Part shown: positions 36,011 through 49,309 of the stretch, piece after piece
Position numbering within the stretch: position 1 is the first letter of the stretch
How the letters are laid out: each line of letters begins with the position of its first letter
From: Chiloscyllium plagiosum
Lineage: Eukaryota
Assembly: GCF_004010195.1 (NCBI RefSeq)
Contig: NC_057717.1
Span: 102,516,849 to 102,575,192, forward strand
DNA length: 58,344 bases
Direction of reading: 5' to 3'
Program-made: the position numbers and the translations under genes
Notes under the pieces: model-generated
Databases searched by the model: none
Told to the model about the DNA's origin: nothing
Seen by the model: the letters and a program-made list of their open reading frames with translations, nothing else

Positions 36011-38031
36011 CTTAGATCCCAGCAGGCGACGTGTAAACCACATCCTGGACATAATGATGTGTTGGAGACATGCAACCCATTAAATGGAGGTGATTTTATC
36101 CTAACACCACTCTTTGGAAAATGACAGGGATAGGTGCAATGTTGATTTAACACCTTATCCAAATTCACAGTGAATCAGGGGAGGGTATGACAGTTAGACT
36201 GTGTCCTCTCTCCCCTCTCCCCGCACCCCCCATCATCTTCCTGTCTGTTTAGTTCTCATCATGTCTGGGTTCCATCAGGAATGAACAGTACAGCATCTCT
36301 CACATTCCCCGCCCCACCCGTTGCCCAGGATGTGGTGGAATGAATTGCTTACACTGTAAAAGAGGGCTCCAACTAATTGGGGAATAAAGGGTGCAGAGTG
36401 CTCCCCAACTCTCACAGGCTCCTGTACACGCCAATCCATTTGGTCAGCCAGCCTGTCACTTCAGGACAACTCACGACAGGCACTTTCTGGGTTAAAAGTG
36501 ACCAATTAAGCACAGCAGCAGAATCAGAAAAATTCTAAGTGAGCCAAGTCAAAATAACGGACTAAGATTATCTGAATGCGCACATCGGGCGTTGTGAAGC
36601 TAAGGGAGGTAGGCACCAGTGCTGGTCACCCTGTGCCAGTAAACACTCTAAACCACTATGTACGGACAACAACCAGATACTGTTCTCTTAATTAGCTCCT
36701 CAGACCAATTCGAGTTCTCTCTTGTTTAATATTACTGTCAGGACAGGACTTCAGGGTAAAACGTCATCAGACTATTTTCTGCTATCATTTAGCTGGTTGG
36801 TTTAATTTAGTTTCTGCCACAGTTAGTTCTGAGTTCCAAGGGCAATTTGCCTACGCGTCTTTGTAGCTACCCCAAGTCGTGTTACCTTTATCTTTTGAGA
36901 GTTCCCTGGGAATTTTTGAATGATGAAGTGAGGGGTGTTCATGCTCCGGATAACCATCCCCTTCCCAAAAACCTGCATGTGCCTTAAACATGCTCAGCGT
37001 CGTCATTATTCAGAGTACAAAACAGAGAGGCCCCTATCTCCGAGAGCCTCCCTTTCAGCTTCCAAATCAGTTACCCTTGTGGCCTCCCTCAGTTCGAGAC
37101 CCAGTTTAATGTCAATTAATTCCAGTCCAGCGCAGAGACTGTGAGGAGCTGCTCTGTCACTGCCCACGCTCATTTTTTTTCTTTCTGCTGTTGCACAGAA
37201 TTCCTCATGGACTGCAGATGGAGATTACTTGCAATCTTGCCTCTGATTCAGGGGTTGAGAGTTCAAGTCCCACTCCGGGGGAACAGGGCACAAAACTCCG
37301 GCTGCCACTTTGAGTGCTGCACTGTTGGTCATTGGCATAGTTCAGGTCCATAGTTGAACTTGCCAAAGCAGGTGGGCATAAAGGATCCCAGTTTGGTGCT
37401 ACCTGAAAGAGGTGCTGGGATGGGGCGGGCGGACATGATGGAGGTCTTTAGGGTAATGTGGGATGAATAGAGAGCAGCTGTTCCCCTTGGTTGAGGGGCC
37501 AATCAGCAGGGGGCATAGTTTTGGGGTATCAACGGGATTTGGGAATCAACTTTTTCACTCAGTGGGAAATCTGGAAAGTGCAGCCTGGGAAGGTAGTGGA
37601 GGCTGGAAAGTTCACACCTTCAACAAAAACAACTTGGATGCGCATTTCAAATATTAGAACATTCAAGGATAGGGGAATAAGTGTAGGAAAGTGGGATTAG
37701 TGCATTTTAGTGATAGTTATGTTGTTGCAGACTTGATGGGCTGATGTGCTGAATGAATTTACACTTTCTTGAGCTCTCTATCAGTCACCTTTAAACCAAA
37801 TGGTTGGTCATCGTTGCATTTTTAACTGTGGGAGCTCACTGTGTACAAATGGGGTCTCCCATTACTTATATAACAACAATGACTACCCATGTGATTGGCC
37901 GCAAAGCACTTTGCAATGTCTGGTGACTTTGAAAGCTTATATATTCCTTCCTTCCCTCTTCTCCATTTGGATTTGAGTTAAAACCAAAGCTGAACGTCAC
38001 ATTACTTGAGAATGCCATCTGCCTCGGGCCC

Positions 38032-38237
38032 AGTAACGAGGTCAGCTAGGGGCAACTTATAGAATCTGAGTTCCCTGATTGGGGCTGTTAACCTGGTCCA
38101 ATCAGGGAGCCCTGGCTGACACATACAAACAGGAGGGTCAGAGGTTCTGTTCACTCTGAGGGGGCTGGATCAGTGTCATATACTGTGGATGTATAAATAA
38201 AGGGTGACAGGATACTGGCCCCTGTGGAGTTATTTCA
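38032..38237 (+). mobile_element. Solo-LTR-like element, second copy
   Basis: agtaac...gagttatttca; same inverted CCAAT repeat and aataaa. Confidence 0.6.
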
Positions 38238-38475
38238 GATTCTTACTGTATGCTTGTTGATATGATTATTACCCACTGAGCTATGTCCCTGCCTGTTTGA
38301 GAGATACAGCTGTAAATGACAGAGCTGTATCACGCAGACGATGACCTGGAAGTCAAGCTCCACTGAATCTGTATGACAAATGGCAGTGATTGGACTGTGA
38401 TCCTCTTCATTTTTGGCAGACGTGCTTTCACATGAACCGAGAAACTGGAATATCCACAAGACCTGCCTACTTTTT

Positions 38476-38510
38476 CTCTCTCTATCTCTCTTTTTCTCTT
38501 CCTCTCTCTT

Positions 38511-38545
<35 letters not shown>
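38476..38545. repeat. (TC)n microsatellite
   Basis: Imperfect, then perfect TC run. Confidence 0.95.
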
Positions 38546-38548
<3 letters not shown>

Positions 38549-38629
38549 ACCCCCCTACTCCTGTCTGTCGAAAAGCCTGTACCAGCTTTACAAGCATGTT
38601 CAAACATAATGCCCAGAGAAAGGCCTGAT

Positions 38630-39250
38630 TAGGGTGGCTCAGTGGTTAACACTGCTGCCTCCACAGCACCAGGGACAGGTGTTCAAATCCAGCCTTGGGC
38701 GACTGTCTGTGTGGAGTTTGCACATTCTCCCTCTGTCTACGTGGGTTTCCTCCGGGTGGTCTGGTTTCCTCCCACAGTCCAAAGGTTTTGTAGGTTAGGG
38801 TGGATTGGCCGTGGGAAATTGTTCATAGTGTCCAGAGGTGTGCAGGTTAGGTGGATTGGCCATGCTAAATTGTCTGTAGTGTCCAGGGATGTACAGGTTA
38901 GGTGGATTGGCCATGCTAAATTGTCTGTATTGTCCAGGGATGTACAGGTTAGGTGGATTGGCCATGCTAAATTGACTGTAGTGTCCAGGGATGTACAGGT
39001 TAGGTAGATTGGCCATGCTAAATTGGCTGTAGTGTCCAGGGATGTACAGGGTAGGTGGATTGGCCATGGAAAATTGTCTGTAATGTCCAGGGATGTGCAG
39101 ATTAGGTGGCTTGAACATGGAAAATGTAGGTTTACAGGGATATGAGTTGGGGGTGTGGTGGAGTGAGGGGGATCTGCACAGGATGATCTTCAGAGGGTCT
39201 GTCCAGATATAATCGGCTGAATGGCCTTTTTCATACTGTCAGGATTCTAT
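38630..39250 (+). mobile_element. HE1-like SINE with an internal 51-bp tandem array (about 6.5 units, 38791-39120)
   Basis: Unit caggttaggtggattggccatgctaaattgtctgtagtgtccagggatgta; gives the 17-aa repeat ORFs in the track. Confidence 0.9.
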
Positions 39251-40579
39251 AAATAATGCAAACCATGCCATAATTTTGAACCTATACCATGTATTTTGTG
39301 AACTCCAATTGCTCCCGTCCCGTCCCATTGCCATCCCTTGTTGAACAACTTATTTAATGTCCCCTTGCAATTTCTGCAATCTCCAGTTTGCGTTACTGTG
39401 TAGATTTCCCATTCTCGCTGTTTAAATGTATCTCGTGTCTCTCGGAATACTGTCCAGGGAGATAATGACTGTCCCATCATTAGGTGACCAGGATTCAACC
39501 TGTTGCTATTGCCAGGGTCTTTCTGGCACTTTGTCCAGCAATAAGACAACCTCAAAAGAAAACACCACTGATGCTGGAAATCAGAAACTGGAAATAGCCG
39601 ATAGGTCGAGGTATCCTCTCTTTGAAGAGAGGGTGAGACAGAGTTTAATGTTTGTGAGGAGCAGGTTTAAGCTATCTCTGGCTCAGTGGCTGATCTGCAT
39701 TTAACTCCATTGATCTGTCTCTCATTCATTTCCTCAACATGAACCTATCAATCTCAGTCTCAAATAATCCTTTGGTCACAGTATTCTTCCATGTTGCCAA
39801 TTCTCTTGGAATTGAAGATTAATTGAAGTGGAACACTGCTGGGAACAAATCTTGTAGAAAGAAATAACAGTTGTTCGAACAGTTGTGCGTCTTATTCAAT
39901 GCTTAGGTATTGCCATGCACACCCAGCACAACTCTGAATTACTCATGGATATATTGGACTTTTTATAATGTACTGCATGTGCTTATTCAAAGAAGGGCAT
40001 ATAAGGCTGAGAATATAAATTCTGTGGCAGGCTCAATTCCTTGTGTGCATTACACTGAGTCCCTGTAGAACATTACACCTGAGGAGTGACAAGGGAACTT
40101 CAGGCAACAAGACTTCTAATGAAGGGATATCATTATTAAAATAAACTGAATTGTGTGACCAAGTGATAATGAGGGTTGCTCACTCCCTCATCAGGAAACA
40201 ATGTCTTCTTCCAGATTCTGTGCATGATATAATTGAAAGAACATTTTTTAACATCCCAGGAATGCACAAGAAACACTGGTTTCTCTGTGCAAAGCGCTGG
40301 TATGTTAATGTGATTCCTTGGAGTTTGAATGTTCACAGCTAAGAATTTCCTGTATACACTCTTGATTGAGCGGGTAAAATGAAATTAGGTATCTTTCTCT
40401 CCCTCTGTCTCCCTTTGTCTCTCTCAGCCGGTTGCACTCACTCGCATTCATTCTGTCACTCTGCCACTCCAGCTCTCTATCTGAACATCTCCTGAAAAAC
40501 ACCTTAATCCAACAAAACTACTGTTGAAGGAACCTGGACAAACTCCTTTCAGCTCACTGTAGAATCAAGAATCTCTGAG

Positions 40580-40910
40580 AGCAGTGGCACAGTGGTTAGC
40601 GCTGCTGCCTCACAGTGTCAGGGACCTGGGTTTGGTTCCAGCCTCGGGTGACTGTCTGTGTGGAGTTTGCACATTCTCCCAGAGTCTGTGTGGGTTTCTT
40701 CCGGGTGCTCCGGTTTCCTCCCACAATCCAAAGATGTGCAGGTAAGGGTGGATTGGCCATGGGAAATTGCTCATAGTGTCCAGAGATGTGCAGACTAAGT
40801 GGGAAATGCAGGGTTACGGGATGGTGTGGGTCTGGGTGGGGTGCTGTTTGAAGGGTTGGTGTGACTCAATGGGCCAAGTAGCCTATGTCTGCACTTTAGG
40901 GATTCTACTA
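40580..40910 (+). mobile_element. HE1-like V-SINE
   Basis: gtggcacagtggttagc head, V-core, tail gggattcta. Confidence 0.9.
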
Positions 40911-41109
40911 AATGCTCAGCTGAAATCTCAGCACGATCAGAATCACCTTAACAGCCATAAGGTTTCGCAATCAATTCATTACGGACAAACCAAAGACTGA
41001 GTTGCATCTGTTTTTGAACTTTAACATTTTGTACTTGCCTCTTGTATATAATCTCTGAGCGTGTCATGTTTTAATAAGTTTTTTCACATTTAGTAGCTAA
41101 AAGAACTCA

Positions 41110-42255
41110 CATTGGCAAGTTATGTTGTAGCTTTGTAGAACTTTGGTTAGGCTGCATTTGGAATTTTGCTTACATTCTTCATAGAATCTTTTACAGTGTG
41201 GAAACAGGCCCTTCGGCCCAACAAGTCCACACTGGCCCTCCAAACAGTAACCCACCCAGACCCATTCCCCTACGTTTGATCCTTGACTATTGCACACATC
41301 CCTGAACACTACAGGCAATTTAGCATGGTCAATTCGCCTAACATTTCGCCTAACATCTTTGGACTCTGGGAGGAAACCATAGCACCCAGAAGAAGCCCCC
41401 ACAAACACAGGGAAAATGTGCAAACTCCACACAGACAGTTGCCTGAGGCTGGAATCGAACCTTGGTCCTTGGCGCTGTGAGGCAGCAGTGCTAACCACTG
41501 AGCCACCGTGCCACCTGCGTCAGCACACTACCAGAAGGATGTTGAAGCTTTGGAGAAGATACAGAAAACATTTACTGGGATGTTGTCTGGTTTGAAAGGT
41601 GTTAGCTATAAAGAGAGATTGGAAAAACTCAGCTTGTTTTCATTTGATTGTCAGAGGCTGAGGGGCAACCTGATAGAAGTTTACAAAGTTTGAGAGGCGT
41701 GGATAGGATGGATAGTCAGGGTCTCTTTCCCAGGGTAGAAATGTCGATTATTAGGGGACGTAGGTTTAAGATGAAGGAGAGTTAGTTGAAAGGAGATGTG
41801 AGAGGCAAATCTTTCACACAGAGGATGGAATGCAATGCCAGAGCAGGTGAGAGATGGAGACACAATGGCAACATTTAAGAAGCATCTTCACAGACACATG
41901 ATTGAGCAGGGTAAAGAGGGATGCTGCGTGGAGGCAAAGGTTTTTAATTGAGAAAGGTGTTGCATGTCAGTACAATCTTGGATGGTGCTAGAAAAGCACA
42001 GCAGGTCAGGCAGCATCCGAGGAGCAGGAAGATCGACGTTTTGGGCAAAAGCCCATCATCAAGAATGATGATGAAGGGCTTTTGCCCGAAACGTCGATTT
42101 TCCTGCTCCTCGGATGCTGCCTGACCTGCTGTGCTTTTTCAGCGCCACTCTAATCTAGACTCTGATCTCCATCATCTGCAGTCCTCACTTTCTCTTACAG
42201 TCTTGGATTGGCCGGAGGGCCTGTTCCTCTGCCGTACTGTTCCTTGTTCTTTGAA
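41110..42255 (+). mobile_element. CR1 3' fragment with nested HE1 SINE (-, 41180-41512) and lineage A fold-back (41984-42195)
   Basis: HYQKDVEALEKIQKTFTGMLSGL; TSD taca(a/g)tcttggat at 41971-41983 and 42196-42208. Confidence 0.85.
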
Positions 42256-44029
42256 CTGAGCGCCCAGTGCCCACAGTGTAGTATTGTTTTCTCATTGTAA
42301 AGCATGTGGGAGATGGATGAAGAAAATCAGGATTCAAAGATTCTCTTTCCTCCCGTTTGGTGAGGGAAGATGAGATGGACGTGTCAGGTGACCAATGGCT
42401 GGAGGCCATGTGATTCAATATGTCCAATCACAGTTGGCAACCCCAGTCACTGTTTATAAAGCAAGCTTGCTTTTGGCTGTGATACATCATCCATCTTTAA
42501 CTGAATGCCCTCATTTATCTAATCAAAAGCATTTTAAGGATCTCAATGCTCCATTATTTGCCCATCACTAGTAGTCCCATTGAAAAATATCATCTTTACT
42601 GCAACCTGATGCTGAATATTCACTGGAGTACAAGATAATTACGGATAAGCAGATTATCAGACTCTTTCCAAGACCCTTATCCCAAAGTAGCATTTATTAA
42701 ACAGTTCCAGAATTCTTGTCTGCTTTATTTCAGGTGATGGGACATAGGCAACTCTGGAGTTGTACACCAGAGTCATAAGTAACCAAGAACCAGCAGAGGG
42801 AGAGCCAACCACATTGCTGCGGGTCTGGAGTCTCATGAAGCCCAGACCAGGTAAGGATGGCAGTTTCCTTCCCTCAAGTAGGAATTAGTGAATCAGATGG
42901 GTTTTTCCCAACAATTAATGCTGGCTTCAAGGTGACCATCACTGCTCTGTATTCCAGAACGTATTTTTGATGAATTGGGTTCCAATTATGACAATTTCCG
43001 AGGTGAAATTTGAATCCATGCCCTTAGAGCACTTGCTTGGAGCCTCTGCATTATTAGGTCTAATGACATTAGCAGAATCCCCTTGGATTCTTTATTTGAG
43101 GATAAGTCCAGATCATAGAATCATAGAATCCCTACAGTGTGGAAACAGGCCCAACAGGTCCACACCAACCCTCTGAAGAGTAACCCACCCAGCCCTACTG
43201 TGCTTTTTACAGCACCATACTCTATCTCCTTGACCCTCCAACATCTGCAGTCCTTACTATCTCCTAGCCACTAACAGTCCCATTGGTAGCTATTCTCCCT
43301 CCTAGTCAGATCGTTCACCAATCCTTTGTCTGTCCAACTGCTCTTCTCTCTCTTTGGGCTCTATCCCTACTTATCGTTTACTCCTTACCCCGCCCCACCC
43401 TATTATCTGCATAAACAAACATCTTTTCCCTCGCTACCATCTCTTCTGAGGAAGGGTCACTGGACCCGGAATGTTAACTCTGCTTTCTCTCTCCACAGAT
43501 GCTGCCAGATCTGCTGAGTTTTTCCACCGATTTCTGTTTTTGCTACGTCTGTGAACTCTGTGATGAACACGTCCTCTCCTGTAGAAGTGGGTAGTGACTG
43601 GCAGCACATTGGCAGATGTACCGATAAAGGTACACCTCATGTGTTTGTGATTCGAGCGCGGTGACACTATGAAAGAAGTTAAACATGAGGGAAGGAAGTG
43701 CAGTTTGATGCTTTGAGATTTCCAGGACTTAACTTGAATCAGGAGGGACAGCGGCTAGGTGTTCAGGATAAGATGGAATCTGCTGTGTTTGTTAAAACAC
43801 AACCAAGAGTAACCGTTGGGAGATGCATGAGTGGACAATTTGTCCATGGCTAACACAGTTCAATTGATTCCATTCTGCCCCTCTATCTTGCCCCCTCCGC
43901 CCCCCCCCGGGGAATGGATTCAATGCTGAACACTGGCCAATTGTGCTGGTTCAGGTTTTATTGAAAGCCTATTGCGAGAAACAGATGCAGAATTAAATAT
44001 CGGTGTTCATTTCTGCAGTGCCACTGAAA

Positions 44030-44410
44030 TTGTCCTGTAGTTGTAGATTCGTCCACTGAGCCAATGTGTTTGTCTGCAGACATTTTGTCACCCCCCACCC
44101 CTCTCCCTGGGCAACATTGTCAGTGTGCCTCTGGTGAAGCATTGGTGGGCTGTCCCACCTGGTATTTATGTGTCTCTGTTTTATGGTACTCCCGGTTCTG
44201 TATCTGACTGGTTTATATGTCGGGTCCAGTTCAGTATGTTTATCACCCCGTAGTGCCCAGGGATGTGCAAGCTAGGGGTAGGAATGGCCATGGGGAATGC
44301 AGAGTTACAGGGATAGGGTGGCAGAGAGGCGGGCATTGGGTCAGGGTGGGATGCTCTTCGGAGGGTAGGCATGGACTCGATAGGCCAGACTGTCTACTTC
44401 TATGCTACTG
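44030..44410. mobile_element. Decayed Penelope 3' tail (-, about 44030-44200) and HE1 SINE 3' half (+, 44245-44410)
   Basis: gtcagtgtgcctctggtgaagc resembles 49425-49446; SINE tail. Confidence 0.55.
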
Positions 44411-45379
44411 TGATACAGTGTGCTGTGCTGACCTGCCCTTCCCCCACTTTCTCACAGCATGACGCCCTTCCATCTTGTCTGCCCATAGGATATTCCAACA
44501 AAACACTCCCCAGCATGGGTTGGACCTTGCTCCTCAACATACTGAGTGAGGAGTGCTTGACCCGAGCTATCACTGTCTTGGAAGACCCGTTAGCTCCTTT
44601 ACTTGATTTATTGCGACGCGTATGCATCGTTTTTCTTTCAGGTTATTGAGTGTTTCGACTTGCTGTTTCTCTGGATATTGTAAATACCTCCCTGTCTTGG
44701 CAGTTGGCTCTGTTTGGATCAGCTGACTTCCTCTGTAACACACTGGGGTTGGCAGCTTGTACTGTGCTGTGTACATCTCTGTAGCTGGCAAAAGAGGGGG
44801 TGGGGGGGGGGGGGGGGGCTCTTTCCTAAATCAGTTCCTAGTGCGAATGAGGCACAACTTGGCTGCTTTTAAAAATGTGGGAACTGATATACAATTCACA
44901 GGATAATCGACCGCTAGAGTAACAGCCCCGGGAGCCTTGCCTTGGTGACTCACTCGCTCCGAGAAATTGCTTTGTCCAACTGAAGCCTGAGCATTCCCTC
45001 GTCCGCCACACTCCCACCCCCCCACTCCCTCCCGCACATGGATTCTTAAAGTCAACTTGTTTCCTTCATTCAGCAGTCACATCAAATCTACGTGACGTGT
45101 TGGATGTGCTGGCTGGAGTGCACACCGCAGTCTTTCAGAATACAACCCACAGATTCAAGTTATTTGTGGTCGCCAACTGAAGTTAACCCCCAGTCTGGCA
45201 AAGGCTTCAGTTTTCACATTATCGTCTGTGGTTTCAAATCTTTCCACAGCTGTGCGCCTGCTTCCCCCCTATGCTGTAATCCACCTCCCCCCACCCCCCA
45301 CTACTCTTCCAGGTCCAACACCCTCTGAGATCCCTGCAGTCCTCCACTGCCTCGTTTCATCATGAAAGGGCAGTTAAGG

Positions 45380-45630
45380 ATGAGGGGTAAACCTTTCAGG
45401 ACTGAGCTGAGGAGAAATGTCTTTGCCCGGAGAGTGGGGAGTCTGTGGAATTCACTCCTAGCGGAAGTGGTCGAGCCCAAAACACTGTGTTTTCAAGAAG
45501 GAGTTAGAGCTCTTGTGAGATCAAGGGATTTGGGGGAGGGTAGGATTAGGGTATGGAACTCAACGATCATATTGAATGGTGAGGTGGGCTTGAGGGGCTG
45601 AATGGCCTACTCCTATCTTCTACGTTTCTA
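45380..45630 (+). mobile_element. CR1 3' fragment
   Basis: RGKPFRTELRRNVFARRVGSLWNSL; tail gaggggctgaatggcctactcct. Confidence 0.8.
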
Positions 45631-46804
45631 AGCTTCTCTGTCTCTTACAAAACCCCGATATTAATTATTTCAACACCAGTGGCTATGCCATCATCTGACT
45701 TGGCCATACTGACCCTGCCAAAACTCTCTCTCCTTCCTTTAACATGCCCCTTAAGATCTACCAACGTTTGGCTGACCAAGCATTCGGTCAAGTTGCCCCG
45801 ACGTGGTCTGTCTTTGCTTGACAATCCTCCTGCAGAGTGCTGTTCTTGCCAGGTGAAAGTGGCTAGGTAAATGCAACTCATTGTTGCTGCCAAACCGTCG
45901 CAACGAAATGAAGGATTGGTGGTGACCTGGAGCTGAGGGACATGGCTTTGCGTATCCGGGAAGTGAATTCCTTGGCCTGCTTTTCTGAAAAAAAAGCGCT
46001 CCCTCTTTCTCGCTCAAACTGAAATGGTGTTGCATGTAAACTGAATTGCATCCTTGTCTCCTGTTCTCCTCTGCATGCCTCACAGTGAAGGTCACTGTGG
46101 AAAACCATCAGCAGACAGAATCTGGTTTCACTTAAGATAGGACACATTAAAAAGAGATCTCATCAAGCTTTTCACAAGTTAGGGAGCCTTGGTAGCTAGC
46201 CGGATACACAGTTGCCAATGGGTGGTGTGTCGCAGTTGAAACGCAGACTGTGGCAAGATCAGCGACAAAAGAATGAGAGATTAAAGTGTTTGTCTGAACA
46301 ACTGCGAGAACTTGGAGCCAGGATTCATCAAAGCTTTAAAAAAAAAGTAGTAATGGGTTAAACAGTCAAAAGAACCATTTGAAAGGTTGTGAGGAGGCAG
46401 TACTCAAAGCAATAGACTTGTCTATCATCAAGTCAGCACAGGCTTGATGGGCTCAATGGCCTGCTTGTGCCTAGTGGACATTTGTTGAGGAGACTCACTG
46501 CCACCAATCTTGGTCATTTGTATTAGTCTGCATCGCTGATACCAGATGCCTCAATGACATCTCAGGAAGCAAACCATAAGACATTGGAGCAGAAATTAGG
46601 CCATTCAGCACATCCAGTCTACTCCACCATTCGATCAGGGCTGATAGGTTTCTCAATCTCATTCTCCCGCTTTCTCCCTGTAACCTTTGATCCCCTTGAG
46701 AATCAAGAACCTATCGATCTCAGTCTTAAACATACTCAACGACCCGGCCTCCACAGCCTTCTGTGGCAATGAATTCCATCGATTCCCCACCCTCTGGCTG
46801 AAGA

Positions 46805-47068
46805 AGTTTCTCCTTATCTCCATTCCCTTTACTCTAAGGCTGTGCCCTCAGGTCTTGGTCTCTCCGACCAATGAAAACATCTTCCCAACATCCACTCTGT
46901 CCAGACCATTCAGTATTCTGTATCTTTCAATTAGATAGTTTCTCCTTATCTCCATTCCCTTTACTCTAAGGCTGTGCCCTCAGGTCTTAGTCTCTCCGAC
47001 CAATGAAAACATCTTCCCAACATCCACTCTGTCCAGACCATTCAGTATTCTGTATCTTTCAATTAGAT
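46805..47068. repeat. 132-bp near-perfect tandem duplication within CR1
   Basis: 46805-46936 and 46937-47068 differ at one visible position. Confidence 0.9.
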
Positions 47069-49309
47069 CTCCCACTCCCCCCACCCCCCATTCTTTTTAA
47101 ACTCCGTTGAGTATCAATCCAGAGTCCACAAACATTCCTCATATGTTAAGTTTTTCATTCCTGGGATCATTCTCGTGAACCTCCTCTGAATACACTCCAG
47201 GGCCAGTGCATCCTTCCTGAGATATGGGGCCCAAAACTGTGCATGATACTCCAAATGTGGTCTGACCAGAGCCGAATAGAGGCCTCAGAAGTACATCCCT
47301 GCTTATATATTCTCGTCTTGTCAAAATGAATGCCAATATTGGGTTTACCTTCCTAACTATTGACTCAGCATGTCAGTTTACCTTAAGAGAATCCCAGACT
47401 AGGCCTGCCAAATCCCTTTGCATATCAGATTTCTGAATTTTCTCCCCATTTAGAAAAGAGTCCATGTCTCTATTCTTCCTATAAGATGCATGACCTCACA
47501 CCTTCCCAGATTGTACTCCATCTGACACTTCTCTGCCCACTCTCCTAACCTGTCCAAATCCTTCTGCAGCCTCCCTGCTTCCTCAATGCCAACTGTCCTT
47601 CTACCTATCTTTGTATCATCTGCAAACTTAGTCAGAATGCCCTCAGTTCCTTCATCTAGATCATCAATGTATGAAGTGAAAAGTTGTGGTCCCAACACTG
47701 AGCCTTACAGAACACCACTTGTCACCGGCTGCCATCCTGAGAAGGACCCTTTTATCCCCACTCTCTGCTTACTGCCAGACAGCCAAGCTTCTATCCAGGC
47801 TAGCACCTTGCCTCTAACACCATGGGCCCTTATCTTACTCAGTAACCTCCTGTGCGGCACTGTGTCAAAGTCCTTCTTGAAGTCCAGGTAGATTACATCC
47901 ATTGGCTCTCCTTGGTCTAACCTGCTCATTACTTCCTCAAAGAATTCTAGCAGATTTGTCAGGCATGACCTCCCCTTAATGAAACCATGTGGATCTGCTC
48001 TATTTTACCATATACTTCCAAGTCTTCAGAAATTGCATCCTTCGCAATGGGGTCCAAAATCATACCAACGACTCAGGTCAGGATAATTGGCTTGTCATTT
48101 CCCGACTTCTGCCCCTTCTTAAACGGGGGGGGGTGAGGGAGGGTTACCTTAGCAATTTTCCAGTCCTCTGGGACCCTCCCTGACTCCAGTGAATCCTGAA
48201 GGATCACCACTAACAACTCCACTATCTCTTCATATCTACCTTTGGGGTATATCTACCTTCAGGCCATTCAGTTATTCTAGCACCTTCTCCTTGGTAATGG
48301 TCACCATACTCATGTCATTTCCCCCCCCCCCCCGCCACTGATTCTCTTGAATTTTTGGGATATTAATCTTTCTTCCACTGTGAAGACTGACACAAAATAA
48401 TTATTCACTTTCTCCGCCATTCCTTTGTTCTCCACTACTATCTCTCCAGCATCATTTTCCAGCAGCCCAATGTCCTCTTTTATCTCTCTTTTACCCTTTA
48501 TATATCTAAAGAAACTCTTATGTCACTGGCGAGGTTACCCTCATATTTAATGTTCTCCCTTCTTATTTCTCTTTGTTGTTGTGCTCTGTTGGCGTTTGGA
48601 GCTGGAAAAGCACAGTAGGCCAGGCAGCATCCGAGGGGCAGGAGAATTGACAGTTCGAACATGAGCCCTTCACAGGAATCTTCATTCCTGATGTAGTGCT
48701 TATGTTCAAAAAGTTGATTCTCCTGCTCCTCAGATGCTGCCTGACTGGCTGTGCTTTTCCAGCAACACGCTCTCGACTCTGAGCTTTAGCATCTGCAGTC
48801 CCTTTATAAGCTTCCCAATCCTCTGGTTTCCCACTGCCTTTTGCCACATTACATGCCTTCTCTTTTGCTTTTATGCTATCCCTGCCTTCCCTAGGCAGCC
48901 ACGGTTGCTTCATCCTCCCTGCACCATGCTTTTTTTTCTTCGGGATGAATCTCTGCCGTGTCTCCTGAATTATTCCCAGAAACTCCTGCCATTGCTGTTC
49001 CTGCTGGGCTCCTCTCCCAGTCAATTTTACCCAGTTCCTCCCTCATGCTTCTGTAGTTGCCTTTATTCAACTGTAATTCTGTTAGCGAGTTTTGAGAAGA
49101 TTTGTAGCTCAGGTTGAGGTTCTGGATGTAGGTTTGCTCGCCGAGCTGGAAAGGTTCTGGATGTAGGTTTGCTCGCCGAGCTGGAAGGTTCGTTTTCAGA
49201 TGTTTCATCACCATACTAAGTAACTGCTGTTCCTGCTGGGCTCCTCTCCCAGTCAATTTTACCCAGTTCCTCCCTCATGCTTCTGTAGTTGCCTTTATTC
49301 AACTGTAAT

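Noticed and set aside
35359..38237. The two LTR-like copies as paired LTRs of one element
   Set aside because: They are clearly diverged, share no outer TSD, the host SINE resumes right after the first copy, and I see no PBS/PPT or internal coding region
38642..39118. 17-aa repeat proteins, or a CRISPR-like array
   Set aside because: A 51-bp tandem expansion of SINE sequence with no unique spacers
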